Source: an uncultured virus (IMG/VR IMGVR_UViG_3300034110_001129) (taxonomy: Duplodnaviria > Heunggongvirae > Uroviricota > Caudoviricetes). Taken from it: a DNA stretch of 20,000 nucleotides. How positions within the stretch are numbered: position 1 is the first letter of the stretch; every line of letters begins with the position of its first letter. The stretch lies in the IMG/VR virus record IMGVR_UViG_3300034110_001129; one strand, given 5' to 3'. Below are positions 19,700 through 20,000 of the stretch, piece by piece. The position numbers and the translations under genes are program-made. Below the pieces are notes generated by a model. It searched no databases. It saw only the letters and a program-made list of their open reading frames with translations, and was not told the origin of the DNA.

Positions 19700-20000
19700 T
19701 TAAATTCTTACCATTTTGTAAAGTTCAATGGCTTTGATAACAAGATCTTCTGGTTCATTAATAATGTCATATTCAGTATGTTGAGAGATTTCAGATGCAA
19801 TTTTTTTCACCATCAAGCTAAATAACAGTGCTTCAAGCTCGTCATCATGATAATCAGTATTTTTATAAGAATAGCTATCATCATTACTATTAAAAATAAT
19901 GGGTTCTTCGGCAAATGAATAAGAAACACTGGTTGTATAAAATATTTCACCATTTTTAGTAACATTTAGAACATAATTCTGGAAATTGAAAACTTGTTTA
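19700..20000 (-). CDS. C-terminal MxxI-motif family protein (5' end outside the window)
   Basis: Not in the ORF track. Manual translation gives an open frame ...KQVFNFQNYVLNVTKNGEIFY...EPEDLVIKAIELYKMVRI-stop. Confidence 0.8.
   Translation of the reverse strand, partial: KQVFNFQNYVLNVTKNGEIFYTTSVSYSFAEEPIIFNSNDDSYSYKNTDYHDDELEALLFSLMVKKIASEISQHTEYDIINEPEDLVIKAIELYKMVRI

Overview
An AT-rich window with no rRNA, tRNA, CRISPR, transposase or recognisable virion or replication genes. The recognisable genes are tyrS, serS, a SohB-type S49 peptidase lacking its membrane anchor, a NUDIX hydrolase, a GNAT-domain protein and a partial 2OG-Fe(II) oxygenase. They are scattered without their usual chromosomal neighbours, under near-consensus sigma70 promoters, which suggests a jumbo phage or giant plasmid of a (gamma)proteobacterium (inference). 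The dominant feature is a family of 14 highly divergent ~200-300 aa proteins. Twelve form a minus-strand tandem array (9425 to beyond 20000, interrupted only by serS) and two are dispersed. They share a stop-anchored C-terminal motif, roughly [Y/hydrophobic]-hydrophobic-x-[LVI]-hydrophobic-x-M-x-x-[IVY]-stop. This looks like an uncharacterised 'variable body plus constant C-terminal tag' system. A pheM-like 17-aa leader peptide with a hairpin upstream of tyrS is a second notable element.
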